DNA of 49,897 nt. It comes from Kipferlia bialata (taxonomy: Eukaryota). The notes beneath the pieces are model-generated. The model ran no database searches. It saw only the letters and a program-made list of their open reading frames with translations, and was not told where the DNA came from. The stretch spans positions 1 through 49,897 of the forward strand of contig BDIP01000010.1 of NCBI GenBank assembly GCA_003568945.1. Reading direction: 5' to 3'. A program made the translations under genes and the position numbers. Position 1 is the stretch's first letter; each line of letters opens with the position of its first letter. Positions 49,759-49,897 of the stretch are shown here, one piece after another.

Positions 49759-49897
49759 GGGGTAAGGAGAGGGAAGAGAGGAAGAGGATTAGGGTCAGTG
49801 AGAGAGAGTGAGAGGCGAGGAGGAGAAACAGTTGTAGTGGGGAGGGATGGGGGGGGGGGGGGGGGGGGGGGGGGGACAAAGGGGGGGTGTAATTGTA

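Noticed and set aside
1..49897. tRNA, rRNA, transposase or reverse-transcriptase genes, telomeric repeats
   Set aside because: No recognisable signatures by eye; a covariance-model scan would be needed to exclude small RNAs.

Overview
Eukaryotic, very intron-rich genomic DNA; not prokaryotic, and I found no CRISPR, rRNA or tRNA. Introns are short and numerous and end in a fused branch-point/acceptor motif CT(C/G/T/A)ACCCC(C)AG, with poly-C/G and (GA)n tracts. That style suggests a free-living fornicate/metamonad protist such as Kipferlia bialata (inference). Manual splicing gives about 15 genes: an FCP1/NIF-like HAD phosphatase fragment, a secreted FG-GAP/beta-propeller protein, a Myb/SANT-like protein, a type-I membrane protein, kinesin-14, a SAXO/MIP-like repeat protein, an XRN exoribonuclease C-half, an intronless CDIN1/TPD nuclease-like gene, an STI1-domain protein, CYFIP/Sra1, legumain, an LCAT-like 5' fragment, Vps36, an apparently fused double-SET protein and a large divergent P-loop NTPase. 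Three unexplained patterns stand out: (1) intergenic DNA packed with perfect 6-10 bp inverted repeats around a single central base, often overlapping in chains; (2) gene halves joined at long poly-G runs (chimeric assembly versus split genes); (3) repeated tandem duplications of exon/intron junctions. Gene models are hand-spliced, so exon boundaries are approximate.
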